This document shows, piece after piece, positions 1 through 9,342 of a DNA stretch of 64,000 nucleotides. Under the pieces are notes generated by a model that was not told the DNA's origin, did not search any database, and saw only the letters and a list, made by a program, of their open reading frames with translations. The DNA is from an uncultured Candidatus Rokubacteria bacterium. Lineage in GTDB: Bacteria > Methylomirabilota > Methylomirabilia > Rokubacteriales > CSP1-6. Where the stretch lies: assembly GCA_963771355.1 (NCBI GenBank), contig CAVYTA010000005.1, positions 32,001-96,000 of the forward strand. Direction: 5' to 3'. A program made the translations under genes and the position numbers. How positions within the stretch are numbered: the first letter of the stretch is position 1; every line of letters starts with the position of its first letter.

Positions 1-31
1 ACGCCGCATCGCTGACGTGGGGGAGGTGGCC

Positions 32-586
32 ATGCTCGAGGGGAAAACCCGCATTCCGCCGGTCGACGTCGAGACGCTTCCGGACGACCTGCGGGAGGTG
101 CTCGAGGAACAGCGCAAGCTTCGGGGGGCGCCGCTCTATCCCTACCTCTTCTATGCGCGCAACCCGGCGTACTTCCGCGCCGCGCAGGCGATGTGGACCG
201 CCCTCCAACAAGAGACGAAGCGCGTGCCCGGTACGCTCAGGGCGCTGCTCAACCGTCGCGTCGCCTGGTGGAACGGCTGCGAGTTCTGACAGGACGCCAA
301 TGCTGCCGTGGGCAGCAGGCTCGGCGTCTCGACGGAGAAGCTCGAGGCGCTCAACGACTACGCGAAGAGCCCGCTCTTTACCGATGCGGAGAAGGTGGCG
401 CTCGAATACGCCGACGCGATCACGGACACGCGCCGCGACGTGGACGACGAGCTGTTCGCGCGCGTGCACCGGCACTACGACGACGACACCATCGCGGAGC
501 TGACGATGATCATCGCGTGGGAGAACGCATCCTCGCGCTTCAACCGGGCGTTCCGCATCCCCTCGCAAGGGTTCTGGAAGCGATGA
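32..586 (+). CDS. AhpD/carboxymuconolactone decarboxylase family protein, probable selenoprotein (CxxU; in-frame TGA 287-289)
   Basis: GGAGG RBS then ATG 32. ORFs 17-289 and 308-586 are in the same frame: RRVAWWNGCEF-TGA-QDANAAVGSRLGVS...EKVALEYADAIT...AWENASSRFN is a continuous CMD/AhpD sequence. Confidence 0.85.
293..328 (+). other. putative bacterial SECIS hairpin
   Basis: GACGCC(293-298)/GGCGTC(323-328) lower stem; TGCTGCC(301-307)/GGCAGCA(311-317) upper stem with GTG loop. The upper stem starts 11 nt after the TGA. Confidence 0.7.
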
Positions 587-604
587 TCGGCGGAGGTGCT
601 GGCG

Positions 605-1495
605 TCATGTCCCCCGGCCCCAGAGCCCGCAATAGCGGCGCAGCACGTACGGCAAATTGTTTTCGTATCCAGGCCAGCTCGCGTACTTCGGCAGCTTGAG
701 CTCTTTCTCGACTCCGTCCCAGCACTTGCCGGCGTGGGCCTCGGCTTTGACGGCGGCGGAGGCGTCCTGCAGGAATGTCAGGAAGTTTTGGACGTCCTCC
801 TTGGTGCCGAGCCGCCCGCCGGGTCCAGGATGGCCGGGGATCAGCCGGTCCCATTCCATCGCCATGACCTTCTTCAGCGAGTCTTCCCATTCCATCGGAT
901 ACGAGTCGATCATGCCGCGCCCCGGAAACGAGCCCACCGGAATGAAGTCGACGGCGAAGAGCAGCTTTTCCTTCGGTAGCCGCATGACGATGGAGCTGTC
1001 GGAATGGTTGAGGCCGAGGTAGGTCAGCTCCAGGCGAGTCTCCCCGAGCTTGAGCGTCTTGTCCTTGCGGAACGAGTCGTCGGGCAGGACCGTGTGCGGG
1101 TCCTTCAGCACCTCGAGGCGCTCCTTGGCGCGCTTGTGCGCGACGAAGGTGGCGCCGGCGTCCTTGAAGGGCTTGCCGCCCGCGATGTGGTCGAGGTGGT
1201 GATGGCTGTAGATGACGTACTTGATGGGCTGGTTCGTGACCTTGCGGATCTCGTCGACGTAGGTCGTGACCGCCTGCGGGCGGCCGTAGCCGATGGGGTC
1301 GGTGGCGATCACGCCCTCGGAGGTGACCACGAACATCGACTGGGCGTTGCCGTAGCGGAAGATGTAGACGTTGTCGGTGCCGTCGACCTTGGTGGTCGCG
1401 AACGGCGGCGGTGTCGGCTGCTGCGCCTGGGCGGTCACGAAGAGGCAGGCGGCGGCCAGGGCAGCGCTTACAAGAGCGTAGGACATGCGTGCCAT
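605..1495 (-). CDS. secreted MBL-fold metallo-hydrolase
   Basis: SHHHLDH motif, signal peptide, AAGGAG RBS before ATG 1495. Confidence 0.85.
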   Translation of the reverse strand: MARMSYALVSAALAAACLFVTAQAQQPTPPPFATTKVDGTDNVYIFRYGNAQSMFVVTSEGVIATDPIGYGRPQAVTTYVDEIRKVTNQPIKYVIYSHHHLDHIAGGKPFKDAGATFVAHKRAKERLEVLKDPHTVLPDDSFRKDKTLKLGETRLELTYLGLNHSDSSIVMRLPKEKLLFAVDFIPVGSFPGRGMIDSYPMEWEDSLKKVMAMEWDRLIPGHPGPGGRLGTKEDVQNFLTFLQDASAAVKAEAHAGKCWDGVEKELKLPKYASWPGYENNLPYVLRRYCGLWGRGT

Positions 1496-1552
1496 CGATG
1501 GCTCCTTTCGACGAGTGGGCCAGAGGATCGCGCAGAATTTCATGGCGGCCGC

Positions 1553-3205
1553 TCAGGCCGCGACCTTCATACGGCAGAAGCAGGAGGCCTTCACCGGCAC
1601 CTCTGACCTTGCCAGCGCCAGGTCGAGACGCTGCTTGATCAGGGCGGCCTCGACCGTCTCGCCACGCCGGGTCAGGCATTCGTGCAGCCCGTGCAGGCTC
1701 CAGAGATTGTCGGGATGCTGGCAGGCCCGGCTGAGCTTGCCGTCGAGGCCGAGATCCGAACGGTAGATCGCCTCGGCCTCGGCGACCTGGCCCTGTTCCA
1801 GCAACAGCGCGCCGAGCGCGTGCCGGGTCGGCTGCATCCAGCCCCACGGCTCATCGTAGGGCAGCGCGTCGTCAAGCTCGACCGAGCGCCGCAGATGGGT
1901 GAAGGCGACCTCGTAGTTGCCGCGCCGGTACTCCAGCTCGCCGTTCAGCATCTCCTCGGCCACTGCCAGCAGGTCCCGGACGGTGTTGTTGTGCACCAGC
2001 CGACTCTCCGGCACCCGCCGCTTCGCCTCGATGAACGCTGCCTTGGCCGCCTCGGCCTGGGCGATGTGGCCCAGCGCCGAATGGGCCACCGCCTGGGCGT
2101 AGAGCATCATCGCGGTGGTCGAGCAGTAGAGCTCCCGGTCACGGGGCAGGTCCTGGGCGATGATCTCGTGCCACTTGCCGAAGCGCACCAGCACGTGCTG
2201 CTTCATCGGCAGGTAGCCTTCGACGAAATCGGCCATCGGCGGTGAGGGAATGCGCAGGAGCTCCTCGGGCGTGGTGTCGATTAGCTCCTGCGCCGCCTCC
2301 ATGGCCGGCCCGTACTGGCCGAGGAACATGGCCCCGTAGACCGCGAAATGGTAGTCGTGGGTGCGGTAGAGCGCGTAGACGTTCAGCGCCCCCTCTCGGG
2401 CCAGGAACTTGCGGTCGACGGCGATCGCCTTCTGGTTGTAGACCAGCACGTCGCGGTAGTGGCCGCAGAGCACGTCGATGTGGGTCGGCATGTGGATCAG
2501 GTGCCCGGCATCCGGCACCAGATCGCGCAGCCGGTCGCCCGCCCGCAGCGCGCGCTGCGGGAAGGGCGACATCTCCATCAGGTGGACGTAGAGATGGAGA
2601 AGCCCCGGGTGGTTCCACGAGGCGGGGATGTCGCGGAAGGCGCCCTCCAGCACCTCGACCGCTTCCGCCGTGCCGGCGCCCTCGGCGATGCCTCCGGTCT
2701 TGAGGTCCCACATCTTCCAGGGCGTGAGGTTCAAGATCGACTCGGTGAAGACCTCGCGCACCTCGAGGTCGTCGCGATGGGCGCGGAACACCTCGCGCAT
2801 GGCATCCGCATAGGCGGCATCCCACGGCGATTGGTCTTCGATACTCTCGCGCTGCGGATAGCGCGCGGGCAGGGCGCGGATCAGCGCCTGCTCGACCGGG
2901 CTGGCGCTGCCCGCATGGGTCAGGGCGTTCTGCATCGCGTCATAGGCGGCGGCAAGCGCAGCGGCCTTGCCGGCCGGATCGTAACGGTGCCAGGGCAGGT
3001 TGTAGTTCGGCCCGGCGGCGTAGGAGATACCCCAATAGGCCATGGCGCAGCCGGGGTCGAACTCCAGCACCTTCTGGAAGCAGGCGATCGCCTCACCGTG
3101 GTTGAAGCCGTAGAGCCAGTTGAGGCCCCGGTCGAACCAGAGCTGGGCGTCGGGTACGGAGGTGGTGACCTTGCGGGTGTACGGGCCGAGGTCGTAGTAG
3201 TCCAT
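1553..3205 (-). CDS. tetratricopeptide-repeat protein with conserved His motifs
   Basis: GFNHGEA...CAMAYWG TPR start; HLYVH and HLIHMPTHI motifs; GGAGG RBS. Confidence 0.75.
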   Translation of the reverse strand: MDYYDLGPYTRKVTTSVPDAQLWFDRGLNWLYGFNHGEAIACFQKVLEFDPGCAMAYWGISYAAGPNYNLPWHRYDPAGKAAALAAAYDAMQNALTHAGSASPVEQALIRALPARYPQRESIEDQSPWDAAYADAMREVFRAHRDDLEVREVFTESILNLTPWKMWDLKTGGIAEGAGTAEAVEVLEGAFRDIPASWNHPGLLHLYVHLMEMSPFPQRALRAGDRLRDLVPDAGHLIHMPTHIDVLCGHYRDVLVYNQKAIAVDRKFLAREGALNVYALYRTHDYHFAVYGAMFLGQYGPAMEAAQELIDTTPEELLRIPSPPMADFVEGYLPMKQHVLVRFGKWHEIIAQDLPRDRELYCSTTAMMLYAQAVAHSALGHIAQAEAAKAAFIEAKRRVPESRLVHNNTVRDLLAVAEEMLNGELEYRRGNYEVAFTHLRRSVELDDALPYDEPWGWMQPTRHALGALLLEQGQVAEAEAIYRSDLGLDGKLSRACQHPDNLWSLHGLHECLTRRGETVEAALIKQRLDLALARSEVPVKASCFCRMKVAA

Positions 3206-3349
3206 CTGATCCTCCATTGCGGCGGGATGGCGCCGACGGGGGCGTTCCGGTCCGGCCGATTATGCCACGGGGACGGCGGCACGCGTGCCGCGCGACCGCA
3301 GCTGGAGGCAGGTAGTTCCGTGGCGGGGCCGAAGAGCTGTGGCCGCCTC

Positions 3350-3727
3350 CTATTTCTTGATAGCGAAGTCCGCCTGGGCAAAAATCTGACGGATCTCGAT
3401 CACGTCGCCTTCGTCGGCGGGGCACCGTTGCGCCCATTTCACGAGCTCTTCTTTTGAGCTGGCCTCCACCATCCAATAACCGCCCAGCACTTCTTTCGTC
3501 TCGATGAATGGCCCATCGGTCACCATCGGCTTCCCTTTGCCGAACGAAACGCGCGCGCCGGTGTTGAGCGGATGAAGGCCGTTCAGCGAGAGGATTTTGA
3601 CGGCCTTGCCCAACTCCTCATTGAAGCGGGCCATCTCCTCAACTTTCTTTGGGTCGGGCACAAAGCCGGGGTCCAACTTCTTGTTGTCTCGATAAACATT
3701 CGGGATCATCAGCATCATGAATTGCAT
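3350..3727 (-). CDS. YciI/DGPF family protein
   Basis: VTDGPFIETKEVLGGYW motif. Confidence 0.9.
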   Translation of the reverse strand: MQFMMLMIPNVYRDNKKLDPGFVPDPKKVEEMARFNEELGKAVKILSLNGLHPLNTGARVSFGKGKPMVTDGPFIETKEVLGGYWMVEASSKEELVKWAQRCPADEGDVIEIRQIFAQADFAIKK

Positions 3728-3765
3728 GGGTCTTCTCCTTGGATCTTAGTTTGGTCCTTCACCCT

Positions 3766-3794
3766 TAGTCGTTTGGCAGCCCCCAGATTCGACA
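3766..3794 (-). promoter_or_regulatory. ECF42-type promoter TGTCGA-N17-CGACTA
   Basis: Upstream of the DGPF gene; identical boxes and spacing recur at 57819-57847. Confidence 0.75.
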
Positions 3795-3815
3795 CACATC
3801 CAAACTATGTATTTT

Positions 3816-4709
3816 CTAATAGAGGATGGGCCCCGAGGGGAGGTAGAGCTCAGGCCGGCCGAACGGCCGCGAGGCGAGGAAGATCGCGAGCTCGCCGATT
3901 CGGAAGCCGCAGCCGACCAGCGCCTCGAGCAGGGAAGCGCAGGCGCCGGGGACGCGCATCGTCACGTTTCCCCCGCCGCCCGCGTTTGCGGCCGCCGCCA
4001 CCGCCTGGAGGAGTGCCGTCTCGTCGCGTCCCGCCGCCGGCCCGATCCGCTCCCCCCGCCGATAGGCGAAGGCGGTGAGCATGCCGCCGCGCTCGATCGC
4101 CACCGCCGCGCTGGTGTCGCTCCGCCAGTGGGCCAGGTCGTCGGCGCGCCCGTGGCCGAAGACCTCGGCGGTCAGCTTCTCGGCGGCGCCGGGATCGCAC
4201 GGCAACTCCCGCTCCCGCGCGTCGAGCCGGACCCGCGCCCTGAGCCGTGCCACCGCCGCGGCATCCCCCTCCAGGCGGTAGATCGGCCAGCGCGGCGCCA
4301 TCCCGGCCATCACGTAGCGGGCCTGGGCGCGCGGGTCGAGCGTGGCCCAGGTGCAGCGCACCTCCGCACCGCGCTCCTCACCGTAGGCCAAGGCCCGCTG
4401 GAGCAAGGCCCGCCCCAGGCCTCGCCCCTGGTTGCCGGGAAGCACGAAGAACATGGACAGGTACCACACTCGGCCGCGGACCAGGGCCGAGACCATGCCA
4501 TGGATCCGCCCCTCCTCGACGGCGCAGAAGTAGCCGTCGGGGTCGCTGGCCAGTCCCGCCCGGGCATCGCTCGCCACCGGGGCGTCGGCCGGCCTCGCCG
4601 CCGGCCGGCCTCTGCGCACCTGGAGGTCGTTGCTCGAGGCGACGTGCACCCGCCAGACCTCCTCGAGCTCGTCCGGCCGGACCTTGCGAATATGCGGCTC
4701 GCCGCTCAC
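3816..4709 (-). CDS. GNAT family N-acetyltransferase
   Basis: FFVLPGNQGRGLGRALL acetyl-CoA motif A. Confidence 0.85.
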   Translation of the reverse strand: MSGEPHIRKVRPDELEEVWRVHVASSNDLQVRRGRPAARPADAPVASDARAGLASDPDGYFCAVEEGRIHGMVSALVRGRVWYLSMFFVLPGNQGRGLGRALLQRALAYGEERGAEVRCTWATLDPRAQARYVMAGMAPRWPIYRLEGDAAAVARLRARVRLDARERELPCDPGAAEKLTAEVFGHGRADDLAHWRSDTSAAVAIERGGMLTAFAYRRGERIGPAAGRDETALLQAVAAAANAGGGGNVTMRVPGACASLLEALVGCGFRIGELAIFLASRPFGRPELYLPSGPILY

Positions 4710-4845
4710 GGGCGCATCATAGCAACGCCCGCCCGCCTGCGCGGCGGACCGCTCGCGCGCCGGCGGCGCAGGGTCGTCGCGCCGGGGATTGCCGGCCGCG
4801 AGGCCGTCGCGTACGAGCCTCTTCTTTCCGGCGCGCCGCGATCGA

Positions 4846-6021
4846 CTAGACCTCGGCGGTGCGGCGGCCGCTCGGGGTGAGGAGAAGGCGCCCGCCGACG
4901 ACGAGTGCCAGCCCGCCCACCGCGGTCACGAAGATCCGCGCATTCTCCTCGCCCAGAAGACCGCTCGCGAACGGGCCGACGAACATCGCGGCGTCGACGC
5001 CGACGCGGTATAGGCCCATCCGCCACGCCAGGTGCTCGGCGCGCGTGTGCTCGCGGATCACGCCGACCGGCAGCATCCAGCCCGCGAGGCCAAACCCGAA
5101 GCACGCGCAGCCCGCCACGAACCACGGGAACGACCCCAGGCCGACCGCGGCCGTGCCCAGCCCGAGCACCACGATGACGAAGCCGAGGACGGGCGTGCGC
5201 CCCAGGCCGTCGGCGAGCCGGCCCACCGGCAGCAGCGCGACGAGGTCCACGAGCTGGGCAAGCATGAGCAGGCCCGAGACGCCACCCCGGTCGAGGCCGA
5301 ACTCGCGCGTCCCCCGGAGCGGCAGGAGGAACTGGCTGACCGCGGACCACGCCAGGGCGAGGACGATGCCCGCCGCGAACATCGTCCACAGCGCCACCGA
5401 CATCCGATCCCCGCGGCCCGCGTCCGATGTGCGCGCCGCGCGCGTCTCCGGTGCCCTCGAGGCGTCGGGGAAGCGCCGGCGGATGCTCGGCACCGCGGCG
5501 AGGATCAGGAGCAGGGGCGCCGAGGCGATCAGCAGCGAGAGGCTCCAGCCCCAGTGGCCGGGGAGCAGCCCGACGAGGCCGAGTCCGCCGAGGACGCCGA
5601 TCATCGCGGAGAACTCGAAGATGTTCAGGCGCACGGAGGCCCCGGGCCCTCGGTCATCGAGTAGTAGCGCGATGAGCCCACTCACGGTACCGAGGGTGTA
5701 CGCGAAGCCCAGGATCAGCCGCCCGAGCACCAGCACGGGGAACGACGAGGATGCAGCCAGCAACACGGTGCCGGCGAGCATGAGTGCGGGGGCCACGCAG
5801 AGTGTGGTGCCGAGGTAGCGGCCGGCCAGCCAGCCGGCAGGGATCGCGGCGGCCATGCGGGCGAAGCCCAGCGCCCCGGCCACGACGCCGAGCTGCCAGT
5901 CGGCCAGCGCGCCGGCGCGGCCGATCTCGGGCAGCAGCGGGCTGAAGGCGCCCATCGAGAAGCAGCTGCAGAGGCTGATGAAGCAGAGCAGCGCGGTGCT
6001 GCTCAAGGCGAGAACGGTCAT
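4846..6021 (-). CDS. MFS transporter
   Basis: About 12 hydrophobic segments; GRLADGLGR motif. Confidence 0.85.
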   Translation of the reverse strand: MTVLALSSTALLCFISLCSCFSMGAFSPLLPEIGRAGALADWQLGVVAGALGFARMAAAIPAGWLAGRYLGTTLCVAPALMLAGTVLLAASSSFPVLVLGRLILGFAYTLGTVSGLIALLLDDRGPGASVRLNIFEFSAMIGVLGGLGLVGLLPGHWGWSLSLLIASAPLLLILAAVPSIRRRFPDASRAPETRAARTSDAGRGDRMSVALWTMFAAGIVLALAWSAVSQFLLPLRGTREFGLDRGGVSGLLMLAQLVDLVALLPVGRLADGLGRTPVLGFVIVVLGLGTAAVGLGSFPWFVAGCACFGFGLAGWMLPVGVIREHTRAEHLAWRMGLYRVGVDAAMFVGPFASGLLGEENARIFVTAVGGLALVVGGRLLLTPSGRRTAEV

Positions 6022-6328
6022 CAACTGCGATCGTGCACCGGCGACCGCGGGGCAGTCAAGACGCGGCCGTCTGCAACATCCTAGGACTGCGCCAAATCAG
6101 TCTGGCGGCCGCGATCAGGCGTAGCGCCTGGGTCGGCGGTTGCACACGCGATCGTGTCCACCATCTCCACCCGCTCGCCACTGGCTCTCGATGTGGTCGA
6201 GCCACCGTCCCTGGGGATGCCACTAACGGAACTGCTCGAGTAGAATCAAGACGCCCGCGCCCGTGTGTCACCTGACGGCGCGTCCAGGGTGGGATAAGGT
6301 AGCGCGAAAAAAGGAGGAGATCACGATT

Positions 6329-6784
6329 ATGTCGGAGTACATACCCAGCCCAAGGCAGTGGGTGCGTGACCAGGTGCAGCTCTACGAGGGGAGTGGTGGG
6401 ACCGAAGGCACTACCCTCCGCGAGACGGGGCTGCCGGTGATCATCGTGACGCACACCGGAAACAAGACGGGCGCGATTCGCAAGACTCCGCTGATGCGCG
6501 TCACGGACGGCGCCAACTACGTCCTCGTCGGCTCGGTGGGAGGAGCGCCGGCACACCCGGTCTGGGTATACAACCTGCGCTCCAACCCCGCGGTCGAGAT
6601 CCGCGACCATACCGTGGTCCAGGCCATGCGGGTCCGCGAGGTGGACGAGGAGCACGAGCGGGCGCGGCTGTGGAAGCTCGCCGTCTCGGCGTATCCACCT
6701 TACGCGGACTACCAGGCGCGCACCACACGTCGAATCCCGGTCTTCATTGCGGAGCCGCAAGACCAAGGGAGCCGAAGAGCCTGA
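6329..6784 (+). CDS. deazaflavin (F420)-dependent nitroreductase family (Ddn-like) oxidoreductase
   Basis: GNKTGAIRKTPL, GGAPAHPVWVYNLRSNP, YADYQARTTRRIPV; AAGGAGG RBS. Confidence 0.9.
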   Translation: MSEYIPSPRQWVRDQVQLYEGSGGTEGTTLRETGLPVIIVTHTGNKTGAIRKTPLMRVTDGANYVLVGSVGGAPAHPVWVYNLRSNPAVEIRDHTVVQAMRVREVDEEHERARLWKLAVSAYPPYADYQARTTRRIPVFIAEPQDQGSRRA

Positions 6785-6890
6785 GACGCGGGCCGTACAC
6801 GTCGTCCTCGGTCGACGGAAAGTGGATCACGCTCTGAGCCTATCGGCCCTGTTCACGGACCCGGTGTGACCGGAGACGTGATCGTCGCGA

Positions 6891-7433
6891 TCAGTCCTGA
6901 CGAGCGGCCAGGATGGTGAGTGAGACCTGCACGCGCTCGCCGAGGTACGCGGCGCCCGTGTCCATGGCCGCGTTCCAGGTCACCCCGAAGTCGCGCCGGT
7001 CGATCGCCGTCTCCGCCCGGAAGGCCGCGGCGATCTTGCCGCTGAACGGGTGCTTGGCCTGGCCGAGATAGCGCGTGTCCAGGACCACCGGCTGCGTCAC
7101 GCCGTGAATGGTGAGGTCACCCGTCACCTTCCAGTGCGCCGGCTCGAGAGCCTCGACTCGGGTGCTCCTGAACGTGATCGTCGGATGGTCCCTGCCGCCG
7201 AGCAGGTCGGCGTCCATGAGCCGGCTCATGAGGCGATCGTTGGTCACGTCCACGCTGGCCACCGGAATCGAGGCGTTGACCGACGACCCGGCAGGCCGGG
7301 CCGCATCGAACTCGAGCGATCCCTCGAGCGCGCGAAAGCTCGTGCGGTAGGTCGAGAACCCCATGTAGTCGAGCGAGAACTCGACGCTCGAGTGCACCGG
7401 ATCGATGGTCCATGTCGCAAACGTGGTCGCCAT
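6891..7433 (-). CDS. YceI family protein
   Basis: WTIDPVHSSVEF, GDLTIHGVT, IDRRDFGVTWN. Confidence 0.9.
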   Translation of the reverse strand: MATTFATWTIDPVHSSVEFSLDYMGFSTYRTSFRALEGSLEFDAARPAGSSVNASIPVASVDVTNDRLMSRLMDADLLGGRDHPTITFRSTRVEALEPAHWKVTGDLTIHGVTQPVVLDTRYLGQAKHPFSGKIAAAFRAETAIDRRDFGVTWNAAMDTGAAYLGERVQVSLTILAARQD

Positions 7434-7493
7434 GGTGGCCCTCCTCGGGATGCCAATACTAGGCCCGTTGCGCGTCGATGAGGTGACCCGTCG

Positions 7494-7758
7494 TCATCGG
7501 CGGTATTGCTCGTCGCTGACCTTTTCCATCCACTCGCCGTTTTTGACCACCCCATTGCTGAGTCCAGCCGGGGCCAGCGGTCACGATCAACGTCTGACCC
7601 AGCGGGTGGGTGTGCCAAGCCGCCCGAGCGCCGAGCTCGAACGTAACGCGGCCGCCAGACACGCGTGACGGCGGGTTCGCGTTGAACAGGGGATCAATGC
7701 GTACGATGCAGAAACGAGCTGCGGGCGGGTTCTCTTGCTGGCACCGGGGGCACTGCAT
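7494..7758 (-). pseudogene. chimeric remnant: zinc-ribbon N-terminus ([17 protein letters not shown]) fused to an internally deleted cupin
   Basis: Cupin motif [25 protein letters not shown]; the cupin C-terminus [13 protein letters not shown] lies in another frame. Confidence 0.7.
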
Positions 7759-7832
7759 ATTGGTCCTCCACTGATCGGGCCCGGCAGTTTGCCCCCGGGG
7801 CGAGAGTAGCCCGCGGGTCCGGAGGCCGTCAA

Positions 7833-7843
7833 CGCCCCCCTTC
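7833..7843. repeat. left copy of 11-bp direct repeat CGCCCCCCTTC (putative target-site duplication; right copy 9278-9288)
   Basis: Exact match on both flanks of the transposase. Confidence 0.65.
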
Positions 7844-9277
7844 CTCTATTCTATAATGGGAGACCGTCACGATGAGTCGGAAGGAGGCTCCGCGAGCGGG
7901 CCTGGTCAAGGCCGCCCTGGCGGGACGCATCACGAATGCGCAAGGCGCCCAGGCCCTCGACGTGTCGCTCGCGGCAGTTTCGGCGACTCAAGGTCGCGCT
8001 ATCGGGAGGCGGGCGTCCGGGGCCTGGTCCATCGGCTGCGCGGGCGCCCCTCGCCGCGCACGGGGGACGTCGAGGTCGCGGGAACGGGTGTGCGAACTGG
8101 TCCAGACCACCTACCGCGATTTCAATGACTGCCACGCCACCGAGAAGCTCCGCGAGGTCGAGGGCCTGGTGGTCAGCCGCAGCACCGTCCGCCGACTCCG
8201 CCGCGGGCCTTGGCGTGGCCGCGAAGCGCCGCCGCCGCCCTCCGCAGCACCGCGCCCGCCGCCCCCGGCGGGCCGCCAGGCGGCAGCCCTCGTCCTCATC
8301 GACGGCAGCGCGTTCGATTGGCTGGGCACCGGCACGCCTCTGCTCCTGCTCGGCGCCATCGACGATGCCACGGGCACCGTCCTCGCCCTCCACTTCCGGC
8401 CCGCCGAGGATCTGCACGGCTATCTCACCCTGCTCCGCGGCCTCGCCGACGCACGCACGGCCTGCCGGTGAGCCTGTACGGCGATCGCCTCGGCGTCTTC
8501 GTCCGCAATGACGCGCACTGGAGCCTCGAGGAGGAACTGCAGGGCGCGCAGCACCCCACCCAGTTCGGCCAGGTGCTCCGGGAGCTCGGCATCGGCTATA
8601 TCGCCGCGCACTCGCCGCAGGCCAAGGGCCGCATCGAACGGCTCTGGGCCACCCTGCAGGATCGCCTCGTCGCCGAACTGCGCCTGCGTGGCCTCCACAC
8701 CGTCGCGGCCGCCGAGGCCTATCCTGCCCGACCTATCTCGTCGACCACAACCGCCGCTTCGCCCAGCCCGCCGGCCGTGGCCGACCCCGCGTGGCGCCGC
8801 CCCCCGCGCGATCTCGCCGATCGTCTCAGCTGCCGCTACCCCCGGCGCGTCGCATGTGACAACACCGTCCGGCTCGGGGCGCGCGTCGTCCAGATCCCCC
8901 GCGGGCCGCACGGCCGCTCGTACGCCGGCTGCCGCGTGACCCTGCACGAATGCCTCGACGGGCGCCTGCTCGTCGACTACCAGGGCCGCCGCCTCGCCAC
9001 TGCGCCCGCGCCCGCGGCGCGACTTCGTCCTGGTCCCCCGCCGCCCACCCCGCCGCCGCGCCTCCCGGAGCCCCCTGCGCCCCGCCCCCCTGGGCCACGC
9101 GGCGCCGCTCGCGGCGCTCGCGGCGCTGGCCCAGCATCTGCGGCGCTCCGCCCGCCCACATCCCTGGCGGCATACCTTCTCCCGCCGCCAACGCGAGCGC
9201 CAACGCGACCTCACCCCGACCGGAGGGAGGACATTCTCACTGAACAGTTATGCGGACATTTCTACTGGACAGCGACA
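7844..9277 (+). mobile_element. ISNCY (IS1202-like) insertion sequence with frameshifted DDE transposase (~7856/7872-9243)
   Basis: IDDAT, LYGDR, HSPQAKGRIERLWATLQDRL motifs across frames. Right end has two GGACATT...ACTG.ACAG repeats and a terminal ACA; CGCCCCCCTTC flanks both sides. Confidence 0.85.
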
Positions 9278-9342
9278 CGCCCCCCTTCGGGCAGTGCCGG
9301 GGTTCGATGCCATCGTCGTCAAGCTAGTCGATAAGGTCCCTC

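Noticed and set aside
7856..9243. Programmed ribosomal frameshifting in the transposase
   Set aside because: Multiple scattered shifts and no slippery heptamer seen; error or decay is more parsimonious
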